64,000 nt of DNA from Nitrospinales bacterium (GCA_965262115.1 OZ253496.1:2272001-2336000); one strand, 5' to 3'; shown: positions 43,038 to 54,291, counted from the first letter of the stretch. Notes: a model not told the origin generated them from the letters alone. Program-made: numbers and translations.

Positions 43038-43264
43038 GCCCTCAACCTTCAGACTTCTCAGGATTCATGGTCGTTTTCCTGAGCTTTTCCTTTTTGGCCA
43101 TCTCTTATTTTATGGGTATGTTGGTTCATTCTGCCCTGATGTATGAAGACAAAAGAAATATTGGAAAAGACAGCCGCAGTGGTTGGGTGTTGAGCATGGT
43201 CGCCGGAACCGGCATAACAGGGTGGATGTTCTATTATGGGTACTATGTGAATTTTTTAAGATAA
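43034..43264 (+). CDS. small membrane protein
   Basis: ATGA overlap with the upstream gene; two TM segments. Confidence 0.6.
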   Translation: MSPQPSDFSGFMVVFLSFSFLAISYFMGMLVHSALMYEDKRNIGKDSRSGWVLSMVAGTGITGWMFYYGYYVNFLR

Positions 43265-43273
43265 AGGCTATTT

Positions 43274-43624
43274 TTAAAGAGACAGCATGTCGACCAGTCT
43301 CCGGCAATCATTTTTATATCCCAGGATTTCCTCGTTTTCCTCATCGCTCAAATCGTCCGTCAGGTTCTCCTCAATCAACTCAATCGCATCATTCAGTCCG
43401 CCAGCAACGATGTCGAGTTCGTTTTCGTTCAGCGCATACATTGACCCGCTTTGCCTGAGCTTATCAAACACCCGCGAATATCTGGCTTTGTAATTTTCGA
43501 GTCCGTTCTTTTTTTCAGGAGATAACTCCTGCTTGAGTTCGGTATTAATGTCCGATATCGAATCATTCAATGCCATTTTAATGGTCTCAATATCTTTGTC
43601 TGTGACGGATGCGAGTGACTTCAT
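43274..43624 (-). CDS. acidic hypothetical protein with a twofold internal repeat
   Basis: D.ETI..ALND.I..I..EL repeated as ELDIV..GLNDAI.LI.ENL. Confidence 0.65.
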   Translation of the reverse strand: MKSLASVTDKDIETIKMALNDSISDINTELKQELSPEKKNGLENYKARYSRVFDKLRQSGSMYALNENELDIVAGGLNDAIELIEENLTDDLSDEENEEILGYKNDCRRLVDMLSL

Positions 43625-43665
43625 GCTTTCCTGTATTCAAAATGAAGGTTGCTGATTGGGTCGAT

Positions 43666-43795
43666 ATTTTATTCGAATTTTGACCAACTCCATTTTATTC
43701 GAATTTTGACCAACTCCATTTTATTCGAATTTTGACCAACTCCATTTTATTCGAATTTTGACCAACTCCATTTTATTCGAATTTTGACCAACTCC
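43666..43795. repeat. perfect tandem repeat, 5 x 26 bp
   Basis: (ATTTTATTCGAATTTTGACCAACTCC)x5. Confidence 0.95.
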
Positions 43796-43953
43796 GGAGT
43801 TATTGATATTTTACCATAAGTTTACCCGGGTCGCATGAAAAATTAAAGAACAAGGCCGGTTTATCGATTCCCCGGCTCCAAAAATAATGGGCCGACTTAT
43901 AGCGGGGCTGTGCCCCGTACAAGTCGGCGAGTGATTTTCTTCTTTTTAAAGAC

Positions 43954-44382
43954 TCAAGATTCGACCTTGATCTCTATTTTTTTCGGTTTTGCCTGCTCCT
44001 TTTTGGGCAGAGTTACCTTCAGGACTCCCTGCTCCATTTGGGCGATGACTTTTTCCGGGTCAATCTGGTCGCTGAGCCTGAAGCTCCTGGCAAAACTTTG
44101 TTTGCTGAATTCGTGAATGCGATAATCGTCTTTATCGGTTTGCGAATTTTGCTCCCGATGGCCCTTGAGGGTCAAAACGCCGTCATGAAATTCAACGGAA
44201 ACGTCTTTTTCTGTCATGCCTGGGGTTTCCGCTTCCAGATGAAACGCTTCGTCTTTTTCAATCACATTGATCTTGGGCAGAACTGTCGGTTGATCCCATT
44301 TAGCTCTGGGGAACCCGAAAAACCGGTCGGTATCAAAAAATCGGTCTAAAGCCTGCTCTGGGTTAAAAGTTACGAGATTCAT
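43954..44382 (-). CDS. small heat-shock protein (Hsp20)
   Basis: alpha-crystallin GVLTLKG, FARSFRL, GVLKVTLPK, IEI. Confidence 0.93.
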   Translation of the reverse strand: MNLVTFNPEQALDRFFDTDRFFGFPRAKWDQPTVLPKINVIEKDEAFHLEAETPGMTEKDVSVEFHDGVLTLKGHREQNSQTDKDDYRIHEFSKQSFARSFRLSDQIDPEKVIAQMEQGVLKVTLPKKEQAKPKKIEIKVES

Positions 44383-44593
44383 GATGTTCTCCTTCTAAAT
44401 AAAGTTGATGATGTGATTATCATGTCTCTCGGCCGAGAAGGTATTGCCTGTTCTGTACTATGAATAAAATGGGAGATGGCGGTTGTCAAGCTGTCTAGGG
44501 AAAATAAACTCCGCTAAAAAGTGCTATAATTTGTTGGATAAATCCAAGGTGGTCCGCAGGTTCATTAAACTCTAAGGGGAGATGGAGGTTTAT

Positions 44594-44954
44594 ATGGATT
44601 ATACGGTTTGTGTGGTTGAGGATGAAAGGGCTTCCCGGACGATGATCATTGAAATGTTGAAAAAGACGGGAATCAGTAAAATAGTCGCGTCAACAAATGG
44701 TCAGATTGCCCTGGAAAAACTCAAGTCTCAAAAAGCCGATTTGATTATCTCAGACTGTGATGGATGGGCTGGAATTTTTTAAGGCTGTGAAGAAGGAAGA
44801 GGCATATGAAGACACGCCCTTCTTGATGGTGACTGTGGAAGATTCAAAAGAAAAAGTGGTTGAAGCATTGACGATAGGGATCCGCGATTACATTGTCAAA
44901 CCCTTGTCCAAGAATAGCTTTGAGAGTAAGGTAAAACCCCTGTTGAAATTCTAG
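44594..44954 (+). pseudogene. CheY-like response regulator, frameshifted
   Basis: VVEDE...LIISDC in one frame and MDGLEF...MVT...DYIVKP in another; the xMP linker is missing near 44757. Confidence 0.85.
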
Positions 44955-45321
44955 AACACCCTCCATTTGTACCGAAATCAGGCATAAAGCTAAAACACCC
45001 TTCGATGGTCCATCGAAGGGTGAGTGTTTGTTTTCGATTCACTCTCTACTCGCGGTAAATTTGTCCTTCAGTACCAAACGCTCATTTCCCGAACAGGGAA
45101 AGTCCTAAGGAGAGGGCGGTATAAATCACGCAGAAGACGCAGGCGAAAAACGGTTTCTTATAAAGGTCGGAGAATTTTTTCATGCCCTTATTATAGGCCT
45201 TCGGGCCGATTCCTGCAATGTTCTATCCGTTAAAGCCGAAAGCCCGTGTTTAAACAGGGTGTTCTAAAGAGCCCCTTTGTGGAATGAATGCCTGTTCTGT
45301 TTTTCGGACCGTTGGGTTTTT

Positions 45322-45846
45322 TCAGTGGTTGGCGGTGCCGAAGGCTATCCGGTCCATCAGAGCGAAAAGCACACCGCTCAATACAAAGGCCATATGGATC
45401 ACGACTTTCCACAAGAACATTTCTGTGTTGGCCTCGGTCGGTTCGTCAGAGATCTCCATAAAAGTTTTCAGAAGGTGGATGGTAGAAATTGCGACAATGG
45501 CACCGATGACCTTTAACTTGAGTCCGCTAAAATCAACTTTCCCCATCCAGTCGGGCCGGTCAGAATGGTCTCCCACATCTATTTTGGAGACGAAAATTTC
45601 ATGGCCGGAGAAGATGATCATGAGCAATAAAGACCCGATCAGGGTGATGTCTATCAGGGCCAGAACGCCAATGATCACTTCGCTCTAGGGGGTGGTGAAA
45701 ACGTGAGAGGTCAGATGAATCAGTTCCTGTGAAAATTTTATAAAAAGCAGGGCTATGCTGATGACCAGTCCAGGAAAAAAAGGAGCCAGCAACCACCTGC
45801 TGTTGAAAATAAATTTTTCTAAAAATTGTTCGGTTTTATTGGACAT
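45322..45846 (-). pseudogene. YqhA/TIGR00645-family membrane protein, frameshifted near 45686
   Basis: IFNSRWLLAP then a frame change to LALIDITL...EIFVSK...LKLKV...ISTIHLLK. Confidence 0.82.
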
Positions 45847-45949
45847 TGTTTTTCCGGATTTAAATGGAGGAATGCTAGTTCTCAGGGCTTGGGAAAAAGG
45901 ACTGTCCGGAAATCGGGCCGGTGACCTCTTGAGTTTTGAGAATATTAAC

Positions 45950-46555
45950 TCCAATAGGTCTAGACGATCAACCTGTTTAAGTGAAGATATTCCAATCACT
46001 CGTTCCTTGATTTTTGAGTTTTTTAGCTTCTTTGGGAGAGAAAAAACGATATCTTTGTGAAGAACTTCGATGATGCTTTCTTTAAGGTAGGATCGGGTAT
46101 AAACAATGCTGACCTCCCGGGTTGGGACCGGTGCCTTGAAAAATCGGATCTTTTTCTTTTGCTCAAGGGTGGACATTCCCAAAGTCGCCAGCCAGGGGAG
46201 CAGGGTGTATCCAAATTTTTGGTCGACCAACCGCTTCAATGTTTCCAGGTTTCCGCTTTCAAAAATCAGGTTTTTCCGCCTGACATTTTTACCTCTTGTT
46301 TTTTTGCAGATTTCAATTGCTTGATCCCTGAAGCAATGCCCTTCATTCAATAACCAGATGTCATCGAGGCTTAAATCCTTTTCCGAAATGGCGCCAAGAA
46401 AGAGGAGGGGATGGTCAGGGGAAAGGCAGGTCAAAAAAGGTTCGTTGAAAACAGGCCACTCCACGATCCCTTTGATATTTAATGGGGTCACCAGAATTCC
46501 GGGTCTGAAAAACCGCCACGATATAGCTAAGCTGTGTTAGAGTGATAGATTTCAT
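45950..46555 (-). pseudogene. oxyR: OxyR-like LysR regulator with internal deletion
   Basis: MKSITLTQLSYIVAV (HTH start) joined out of frame to GILVTP...EGHCFRDQAIEIC...SGNLETL (redox Cys pair); the 3' end is approximate. Confidence 0.8.
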
Positions 46556-46580
46556 CTGTTAAAGTATAGTGACAATCAAT
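46545..46580. promoter_or_regulatory. OxyR-box-like operator
   Basis: ATAG-N7-CTGT-N6-ATAG-N7-CAAT overlapping the oxyR start, upstream of the peroxidase. Confidence 0.65.
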
Positions 46581-46681
46581 TAGACTAATCAAGGCAAATA
46601 ACCAATACTTGAGAAAACAGAATGGGGATCAACCTGTTAGTAATTTTAATTGAATAAAATTTATACCTTGAGGTAATCGCA

Positions 46682-47746
46682 ATGACAGGAAAAAACTTTA
46701 GCAACAGGAAGGTTCAGTTACTGGGAGCGATTGGAGCAATTTTACTCTTGATTGGTGGGCCACTTGGGGCTGTGGCCGCACCCGGGGAGGAATATGGACT
46801 GGAGATCCCCCTGGGACTGGATGAAGATCAATTTGTTGTTCCTGGAGACAACCCTTTGACCAAAGAAAAGGTAGAGTTGGGTCGCTTTCTTTTCTTTGAT
46901 AAACGGTTGTCGCAAAACAATACCATTTCATGCTCCACCTGCCATATCCCGTCGCTGGCTTTCACGGATGGCCAGCCGGTTTCCGCAGGCATTCATCGGC
47001 AGCAGGGAGGTCGAAGCGCCCCTACGGCGATCAACCGGGGATTTAGTAAAGTTCAATTCTGGGACGGTCGGACGGCAACATTGGAAGAGCAGTCTGTGGG
47101 GCCATTGACTAACCCGATTGAACATGGTTTTCCTGAAAACGATGATGTGGTTGCCAGGATAAATAGTATCGAAGGTTATAAAAATCTTTTCAGCAAGGCT
47201 TTTGCAACCAACACGATTACCATTCAGCATGTAGGAAAAGCCATTGCTTCTTTCCAAAGGACACTCATTTCTGGAAACAGTCCCTTTGACCGGTTTGATT
47301 ATGACGGAGAAGAAAAGGCAATTTCTGAAGCGGCGAAAAGAGGAAAAATATTATTTTTTGGTAAGGCCCGATGCAACTTGTGCCATTTTGGGACAAACTT
47401 CTCAGATGAAAAGTTCCACAATGTCGGGATCGGTTGGGGGGGTGAAGCTGTGGATATTGGAAGGTACAATGTGAGTCATGATCAAAAAGATATCGCCGCA
47501 TTTAAAACGCCGACCTTAAGGGAGATTTCAAGGACTGCTCCCTATATGCACGATGGCAGGTTCGCAACGCTAAGACAAGTGGTCGATCACTACAACGGAG
47601 GCGGAGTAAAAAATCCGTTTCTGGATAACCAGATCATTCCGCTAAAGCTCACTGAGTCGGAAAAGCAGGACCTTATTGAGATGCTCCGCACCTTGAATGG
47701 TGAGGGTTGGCAACATGTAAAAGCTCCTCTTTCATTTCCGAAGTAA
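46682..47746 (+). CDS. di-heme cytochrome c peroxidase (CcpA/MauG family)
   Basis: LFFDKRLS, CSTCH, QFWDGR, CNLCH, FKTPTLR, PYMHDG. Confidence 0.93.
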   Translation: MTGKNFSNRKVQLLGAIGAILLLIGGPLGAVAAPGEEYGLEIPLGLDEDQFVVPGDNPLTKEKVELGRFLFFDKRLSQNNTISCSTCHIPSLAFTDGQPVSAGIHRQQGGRSAPTAINRGFSKVQFWDGRTATLEEQSVGPLTNPIEHGFPENDDVVARINSIEGYKNLFSKAFATNTITIQHVGKAIASFQRTLISGNSPFDRFDYDGEEKAISEAAKRGKILFFGKARCNLCHFGTNFSDEKFHNVGIGWGGEAVDIGRYNVSHDQKDIAAFKTPTLREISRTAPYMHDGRFATLRQVVDHYNGGGVKNPFLDNQIIPLKLTESEKQDLIEMLRTLNGEGWQHVKAPLSFPK

Positions 47747-47790
47747 AGGAGGCAGTTGAACGAATAACATTAGAGGCTGATACCCGAGGG

Positions 47791-47818
47791 GGTTACGGTT
47801 CAGGCCGTAACCTTTTTT
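47791..47818 (+). terminator. intrinsic terminator
   Basis: GGTTACGG-TTCAGG-CCGTAACC-T6. Confidence 0.75.
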
Positions 47819-48025
47819 GGGTAGAGCTTTAACCTCGCTACCCCAAAGAAAAAAGGACTGACGGGAAAACCCATCAGTCTTTAATCACAAAACTCATAGA
47901 ATGATTTTACCAACTCCCCGTCCACGGGCCAGCGTGACGCTGGACTCAAAATGAAAGGTCTTCAATTGCCAGCAAATGTTTCTTTAGCTCAACAAGCTAT
48001 TGCAAGTTGCCGCTCCGGCTAGGAG

Positions 48026-48098
48026 TGGGCCCAGGAGGATTCGAACCTCCGACCTACCGGTTATGAGCCGGGGGCTCTACCAACTGAGCTATAGGCCC
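48026..48098 (-). tRNA. tRNA with CAT anticodon, probably tRNA-Ile2 (lysidine)
   Basis: GGGCCTA acceptor, loop CTCATAA, GGTTCGAATCC; lies directly downstream of rpoD like E. coli ileX. Confidence 0.88.
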
Positions 48099-48104
48099 GC
48101 ACGA

Positions 48105-49862
48105 TCAGCTTTCGATAAAACTGCGTAATTTTTTGCTTCTGCTGGGGTGGCGCAGTTTGCGTAGAGCCTTGGCTTCGATCTGCCGGATACGCTCGCGGGT
48201 AACGGCAAAATCCTGCCCGACTTCTTCAAGCGTGTGTTCGGAATCCAATCCGATGCCGAACCGTTTCCGCAAAACACGTTCTTCCCGAGATGCCAAGGTT
48301 GAGAGAACTTTCAGGGTCTGTTCCTTCAGGTTCTTTTTAACCACAGAGTCGATCGGCGACATGACTTTCTTGTCTTCGATGAAATCTCCCAGATGGCTGT
48401 TTTCCTCTTCGCCGATGGGAGTCTCAAGAGAGATGGGTTCCTTGGCGATTTTCAAGACTTTTCGTACCTTGTCTACCGGCAGAAACATTTTGACAGCGAT
48501 TTCATCCGGCGTTGGTTCGCGCCCGAGTTCCTGCACGAGATGCCGGGATACCCGGATCAGTTTATTGATGGTTTCGATCATGTGTACAGGAATCCGGATC
48601 GTTCTGGCCTGATCGGCGATGGCGCGGGTGATGGCTTGCCGAATCCACCAGGTGGCGTAGGTCGAAAATTTATAGCCCCGCTGGTACTCAAATTTATCGA
48701 CCGCTTTCATGAGGCCGATATTGCCTTCCTGAATCAAGTCGAGAAACTGGAGTCCCCGGCTGGTGTATTTTTTAGCGATACTGACTACCAGCCTGAGGTT
48801 GGCTTCTGCCAGTTCCCGCTTGGCAGTTTTGTCTTTTACCCGACCCCGGGCAATGGACCGCACGGTGGCCAGCAGACTGTCCTTACTGGTTACCGTTTCT
48901 TTTTCTATCTTTTTTATTTTCTGGCGCCCGCTTTGCACCTGCTTCATGAAGTTGTCGTACTGGGTGCGGGTGATCACTTTCCCCTTCGGAACCTTGACGC
49001 TTTTCTGCTTGTTCCAGTTTTTAGCCAGTTTTTTAACCCCGGCCAAAGATATGCCCAATTGCCTTTCGATATCCCTTTCCTGTTTTCCAGCTTCCCGATA
49101 CTCTGCGGCGATCGCATAAATTTTTTCGATAAGGCCGTCCACTTCATTGAGGGAGAGCGCCAAGCCGGCAATGAGGCTTTCCACTTCCTTGTGCTGTTTT
49201 TGTACCTGATCGACTGTTTTGGCCTGCATTTTTTCAGATAACTTGCCGCTCTCGACTCTCACCAGAAGTTTTTCGAACTTGGCGAATTCCGATTTCAGGT
49301 GCCTGATTTTCTTAATAAATTTTTTAGTTTCATTTTTTTCAGACTGTTCCTTATCTTCTTCTGGTTCAGGGCTCTGGATCAGGCTGAAGATTCGGATTTC
49401 CCCTTTTTTAACCTGGTCTGCCATGGAGATGAGTTCGCGGGTTGTGACCGCGCAACTGGCCACTGCCGCGAGCACTTCATATTGCCCGGCTTCAATTCTC
49501 TTGGCAATTTCCACTTCTCCCTTGCGAGTGAGCAGGGAAATAGTTCCCATTTCACGCAGATAGAGCCGGACCGGATCATCGATGGAAATGGAATCGGATT
49601 TGGAGGCCGGGGCATCCTCAGCGCTACCCTTATCGCGATCTCCTTTGGCGGCGGCTATCTTTTCACCTTTAACGGTGGTGTCAACGATGTCTATTTCATT
49701 TTCACCAAAAAGGGCCATGAGGTCGTCGATTTGTTCCGGGGTCACAACATCAGAGGGTAGGACATCATTGACCTCTTCATAGGTCAAATAACCTTTTTCC
49801 TTGCCCAGTGATATCAGCTGATTGATTTCTGATACATGTGTCAGTTTTTCCACTGTTTCCAT
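48105..49862 (-). CDS. rpoD: primary sigma factor
   Basis: [50 protein letters not shown]. Confidence 0.98.
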   Translation of the reverse strand: METVEKLTHVSEINQLISLGKEKGYLTYEEVNDVLPSDVVTPEQIDDLMALFGENEIDIVDTTVKGEKIAAAKGDRDKGSAEDAPASKSDSISIDDPVRLYLREMGTISLLTRKGEVEIAKRIEAGQYEVLAAVASCAVTTRELISMADQVKKGEIRIFSLIQSPEPEEDKEQSEKNETKKFIKKIRHLKSEFAKFEKLLVRVESGKLSEKMQAKTVDQVQKQHKEVESLIAGLALSLNEVDGLIEKIYAIAAEYREAGKQERDIERQLGISLAGVKKLAKNWNKQKSVKVPKGKVITRTQYDNFMKQVQSGRQKIKKIEKETVTSKDSLLATVRSIARGRVKDKTAKRELAEANLRLVVSIAKKYTSRGLQFLDLIQEGNIGLMKAVDKFEYQRGYKFSTYATWWIRQAITRAIADQARTIRIPVHMIETINKLIRVSRHLVQELGREPTPDEIAVKMFLPVDKVRKVLKIAKEPISLETPIGEEENSHLGDFIEDKKVMSPIDSVVKKNLKEQTLKVLSTLASREERVLRKRFGIGLDSEHTLEEVGQDFAVTRERIRQIEAKALRKLRHPSRSKKLRSFIES

Positions 49863-49906
49863 CTGGATGATTTCTCCTAATTACACGTTTGTGTTTTTAA
49901 TATATA

Positions 49907-51679
49907 TTAATGGGTTAAGGCTAAATGCATTTCACGAAGCTGTGCCTGCAGTTCCCGCGACCGTTCTACCTGCCCGGCTTTGGCGGCATTGAGGCGTTGT
50001 AATTTAAGATCCTTGATTTTTGATTTAAGGTGAATGTTTTTAAATTTCCCGACACAGTCTTTAATAGTTCGTTCGGGGGTATCAAACTCTACTGCTTCCA
50101 GCCCTAACCGGGACAAGATATTTTTGATCTCTGGGTCTTCGGTCTGGTCGAGCAGCTGGTCAATTTTCAGATCCTCGCCGCTATTGATTTTTTGCCGGCA
50201 GGTTTGGGCAATGGCTTTTAAGGCCGGGTCTGAAAATTCCTCCGGATCTATTTCCAAGAGAATGATCTCGGCCGTTTCCTTATCGGAAAGAATCAGGTGA
50301 ACTAAATGTTTCTCCAGATTTAAAAGTGGGGCCAGTTCATTTTCCGTTTCGGCCAGTCGAGGCTGGTTTCGGGAAATGGCCTTGCTCAGTTCCTTCAAAA
50401 AAGTCCGGTCATCAATGTTTGTTTTCGAGGTAAATTTTTCCAGCCAGGCGGATCGTTCCACAGTGTTTTTAATTTTTACCAGCATCGGAAGAATCTGGTT
50501 GGCCATTTTGACCCTGCCTTCAGGGCTCTTGCCGGGCGAATCCTGAATCAGGGTATCAATATAAGATTCCATAAAAGACTTGGCGTTGCGGATTTTTTCC
50601 AGAAAAATTTCTGCACCATTATCGTGGATGAATGAGTCCGGATCCTGGCCCTCGGGCAGGACGACGATTTTCACATTCAATCCGTGCTCAAGCAGGATAT
50701 CAAATCCTTTTTCTGAAGCAGATCGGCCGGCGGGGTCGGAATCGAAAACCAGGATGGCAGTTTCCGCGTGGTTTCGCAATATCCCAGCCTGTTTGGAAGT
50801 CAGTGCTGTTCCGCAGGTGGCGACCACATGCTCAATGCCATGTTGCACTGTCCGCATCTGGTCGAAATAGCCTTCAACCAGAATGACCTGATTTTCCCTG
50901 CGAATTGCTTGTTTCGCCTGATCCATACCGAAAAGGGTTCCGCTTTTTTGATAGAGAAGGGTTTCGGGAGAATTGAGGTATTTGGGCTGATCTTCCTCGG
51001 CAATGCTACGCCCTCCAAACCCGATGATGTTGGAGTGCAGGTCCTTGATCGGGAAAATTACTCGACCGCGAAAACGGTCATAGACCGTAGAATTGTCTTC
51101 TTTCTGGATGATCAATCCGGACTGAACGAGCTGCTCCTGAGTGACGGAGCTTTTTTGCTGGACATGAGTCAGCAGGCCTCTCCATGTCGGCGCTGCCCAG
51201 CCTATGCGGTACCGCTCCAAAATTTCCGCATCAAAATGTCGGGACGTTAAATAATTTCTCGCGCTCAGCCCGCCTTCCGGGTTTTTCAATAAGGACTGGA
51301 AATATCGCGTCGCGGCCTCATTGAGTTTTCTTAAAGCGTCGCGCTCCTTTTGTTTGGGGTCAGCGGAAATGCTAGAAGTGTTGCGGGACAGGGGAATGCC
51401 CGCACGCTCGGCCAAATTCTTAATGGCTTCCGGAAAGGTAATGCTCTGGATTTCCATGAGGAATTTAAAAACATTGCCCCCGGTTCCACAACCGAAACAG
51501 TGGTAAATGCGTTTTTCAGGGCTGACTGAAAAGGACGGCGTTTTTTCCGAATGAAAGGGGCAAAGTCCTTTATAGTTCTTGCCGGATTTTTTAAGCACAA
51601 CATGATCCGAAATCACCGCAACGATATCGGTGCGGTCACGAATCTCATCAATGATATGGTCTGGGATTGAAATTTTCAA
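49907..51679 (-). CDS. dnaG: DNA primase
   Basis: CPFHSEKTPSF zinc finger, KYLNSPET, EGYFD, FDSD. Confidence 0.97.
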   Translation of the reverse strand: MKISIPDHIIDEIRDRTDIVAVISDHVVLKKSGKNYKGLCPFHSEKTPSFSVSPEKRIYHCFGCGTGGNVFKFLMEIQSITFPEAIKNLAERAGIPLSRNTSSISADPKQKERDALRKLNEAATRYFQSLLKNPEGGLSARNYLTSRHFDAEILERYRIGWAAPTWRGLLTHVQQKSSVTQEQLVQSGLIIQKEDNSTVYDRFRGRVIFPIKDLHSNIIGFGGRSIAEEDQPKYLNSPETLLYQKSGTLFGMDQAKQAIRRENQVILVEGYFDQMRTVQHGIEHVVATCGTALTSKQAGILRNHAETAILVFDSDPAGRSASEKGFDILLEHGLNVKIVVLPEGQDPDSFIHDNGAEIFLEKIRNAKSFMESYIDTLIQDSPGKSPEGRVKMANQILPMLVKIKNTVERSAWLEKFTSKTNIDDRTFLKELSKAISRNQPRLAETENELAPLLNLEKHLVHLILSDKETAEIILLEIDPEEFSDPALKAIAQTCRQKINSGEDLKIDQLLDQTEDPEIKNILSRLGLEAVEFDTPERTIKDCVGKFKNIHLKSKIKDLKLQRLNAAKAGQVERSRELQAQLREMHLALTH

Positions 51680-51770
51680 AGTATCAACAGATCGTTAGGA
51701 AAAACCCGGCCTGATAAGGCCCGGTTTGAAAATTTTTTGTCAGGGATGGCAGATTTTTAATCTACCAATG

Positions 51771-52214
51771 TTAATTTAAAAACTCACCCGCCAGGTCTTT
51801 GATCACGCTGTTATAGGCTTTGCCCTTGAACTCGGGAACCAGAACTTTCATAATTTTGCCAAAATCCTTCATCCCTTCAGCCCCGGTTTCTGCGATCACT
51901 TCCTGGATTCTTTTGCGCAAATCCTCTTCAGAGACTTGTTCCGGTAAATAGTCCTGCAAAATTACCAATTCTTGATCTTCCTTTTCCATCAAATCCGTGC
52001 GTCCTCCCTGCTTAAAAAGGGCAGACGCCTCTTTTCGTTTTTTTCCTTCACGGGTAACCACAGAGAGAATCTCTTCTTCCTGCAGTTCTCTGCGAAGGTC
52101 GATTTCCTGATTTTTGATGGCGGAAATTACGCTACGGATGGTATTGAGCCTGAGCGAGTCCTTAGATTTAAGGGCCTCCTTCATATTTGCAAGGAGTTTG
52201 TCCTTTAAAGTCAT
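51771..52214 (-). CDS. yqeY: GatB/YqeY domain protein
   Basis: MKEALKSKD..RL..IR, KKRKEA, YLPEQ, DFGKIM. Confidence 0.9.
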   Translation of the reverse strand: MTLKDKLLANMKEALKSKDSLRLNTIRSVISAIKNQEIDLRRELQEEEILSVVTREGKKRKEASALFKQGGRTDLMEKEDQELVILQDYLPEQVSEEDLRKRIQEVIAETGAEGMKDFGKIMKVLVPEFKGKAYNSVIKDLAGEFLN

Positions 52215-52501
52215 GAATTTATTCCATTACCACAAGGTAGAAAATATAATGACCCACATGGGGTTTGTCAATAGCTGGGGGGAAACTAAGAAAATACTGA
52301 AAAATTAATAATCCCTTTAAAATCAAGTGCTTATATCTGAGCCCGGTGTTGTTTCCTTATTATATCCATTCTTTCCAGTCATAAAATCGCCGTATTGTCT
52401 CATTTTTCCCAAGTTTTGGGGACATTTTTTTTAATTTGGCTCATTTTGCCTGCTGGATAAAAATGGGTGGGAATTTGTGTGGTTTTGAAAAATGCTGCGG
52501 A

Positions 52502-53683
52502 CTAATAAATCAGATATTCCTGCCGGAGCGGTGAAAAGGATGCCAATTCTTCCTGCCAGGAATTTTCCAATTCCTCCAGAGAAAAGCCGGGCTTGAAAAG
52601 GGTTTTCCGTAAATTCTCGTTACCATATAGGAGATCGATGGCCAGCCGGTCGCTGACGAACTCATAGGGTTCGATTCTCCACTGCAATCGGTCGGAATAA
52701 ATTTCGGCAATGGCACGTAGCAATGCCAGGGTTGTGAGCAGGGGTTTGAATTTGTTCCTGTCGGTGATGTGGAACTGGAGTCCGGCACAAATTTCTCCGG
52801 CGTGTTTCTGAAACATGGGTTTAAAATATTGCGGACGGGAAAACACACCGGGCAAGAGATGTGAGTCCGTTTCAAGTCGCGCGGCCAGTTTATCTGGATC
52901 AATGAAAGGGGCGCCGATTTGCTCGAAGGGCAGGGTGGTGCCGCGTCCTTCTGAAAGCCGGGTTCCTTCAATCAGGCACATTCCTGGATAGACGATGGCG
53001 GTTTCCAGGGTCGGCATATTGGGCGATGGTGGTGTCCAGACCATGCCTGTCTGATTATACCACATCTCCCGGCTCCAGCCGGTCATTGGCACGACTTTCA
53101 GGTCGCAATGGATATCATCATTGAACATCTGGGCGAGTTCACCCACCGTCATTCCGTGGCGGTTGGGCAGGGCATATTGCCCGACAAAGGACCGCCAGGG
53201 TTCTCCTACCAGATTGCCTTCTACCGATGTCCCGTTTATGGGATTGGGCCGGTCACAAACCACCATCCGCATCCCGGCCTGCTTGCAGATGGTCATGCAG
53301 TTGGCCATTGTATAAATGAATGTGTAGTAGCGCGCGCCGACATCCTGAATATCGAAAACTAGATTATCAATACCCTCTAATAGCGCTGGATCAGGAACCA
53401 GAGACGCTACATTTTTCCCGTATAGGCTTTTTATGTTGAGTCCTGAAAGCGGGTCCACCTCGTCAGCGATATGGACCATGTCCTGTGCCGTTCCATACAG
53501 CCCATGTTCAGGAGCGAATAAAGCTTGCAGCTTGAAACCTGTATGGGATTTAAAATGAGAGATGGAGTGCCTGCCATCGCCAGCCAGACTGGTGTGGTTG
53601 ACGATCAACCCAACCGTCTTACCTTTTAAATATTTTTCGGGCTGGGACAGTAAATGGTCAATTCCTGAAACGGTTCGTGTCAT
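52502..53683 (-). CDS. DUF1343 / NamZ exo-beta-N-acetylmuramidase
   Basis: FAPEHG, FDIQDVGARYYT, DRPNP, RHGMTVGE, SPNMP, SEGRGT. Confidence 0.92.
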   Translation of the reverse strand: MTRTVSGIDHLLSQPEKYLKGKTVGLIVNHTSLAGDGRHSISHFKSHTGFKLQALFAPEHGLYGTAQDMVHIADEVDPLSGLNIKSLYGKNVASLVPDPALLEGIDNLVFDIQDVGARYYTFIYTMANCMTICKQAGMRMVVCDRPNPINGTSVEGNLVGEPWRSFVGQYALPNRHGMTVGELAQMFNDDIHCDLKVVPMTGWSREMWYNQTGMVWTPPSPNMPTLETAIVYPGMCLIEGTRLSEGRGTTLPFEQIGAPFIDPDKLAARLETDSHLLPGVFSRPQYFKPMFQKHAGEICAGLQFHITDRNKFKPLLTTLALLRAIAEIYSDRLQWRIEPYEFVSDRLAIDLLYGNENLRKTLFKPGFSLEELENSWQEELASFSPLRQEYLIY

Positions 53684-53786
53684 CGGGCAGGTAATATGTT
53701 TTATGAAAGGGTGCGTTGAAAAATTATGGGTTGCTTGCCGTGCGAGAGAATAAAAAGGCAACCCCCCTCAATCCCCCCCTCTAACA

Positions 53787-53954
53787 GAGAGCTTTGCATA
53801 ACCCAAGATTCTTCGTTGCAATAGCTCCTCAGAATGACAAAATATCCTTTTATTGTCATGCTGAGCTAGTGATATTTAACCATTGCTTTCTTGCCCCGGA
53901 GGGGTATGTCGAAGCATCTCGCTTTTCTGCTTTATAGACTTACGCAAAGGTCTC
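53787..53954. mobile_element. MITE copy 4 carrying one 39-bp unit (53868-53906)
   Basis: same ends; perfect TSD CCTCTAACA; sits inside a CCCCCC...GGGGG palindrome. Confidence 0.92.
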
Positions 53955-53978
53955 CCTCTAACAAGGGGGAAGATCACA

Positions 53979-54016
53979 TTTAGCCGAGATAGCCCTTTTA
54001 GCCGAGATAGCCCTTT
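53979..54016. repeat. 18-bp tandem duplication
   Basis: TAGCCGAGATAGCCCTTT x2. Confidence 0.8.
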
Positions 54017-54099
54017 GCAAGCCGTCAAAGTTTATCGCTCATTGTACCCCCTTCTACCCCTTGTATGTTGTTCATAAGGGGAATTTGTAGTAGTTGTAC

Positions 54100-54285
54100 C
54101 TGTGAGCCCTGTGGGAAGCCGGTTTTGTGTTTTCCACAAGCTCCCAGGATTTGATTCAGGGCACAATAGATCGTTTACCCCTTGGGCTTTTAAGCCCGTC
54201 CCGAAGCGCAGATCGTTGTGTCCTATTTTGATTAACCCGAACAGTTGCCTGGGCCACTGAGCCCGCATCGGCAAGGCTGGGAGAC
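54100..54285 (+). ncRNA. bridge-RNA-like guide RNA of the IS110 element (ends approximate)
   Basis: target loop TTTACCCCT (54174-82) and CCCGAAG (54200-06); donor loop ACAGTTGC (54241-48) and CAAG (54272-75); each loop contains an internal hairpin. Confidence 0.85.
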
Positions 54286-54291
54286 CAAATT

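Noticed and set aside
43666..43795. CRISPR array
   Set aside because: Identical units with no spacers and no cas genes in the window.
45685..46491. Genuine LysR-YqhA fusion protein
   Set aside because: Read-through between two broken genes; it lacks the HTH and most of YqhA.
48026..48098. Initiator tRNA-fMet
   Set aside because: Has a paired G1-C72 and lacks the three G-C anticodon-stem pairs; elongator Met is not fully excluded.
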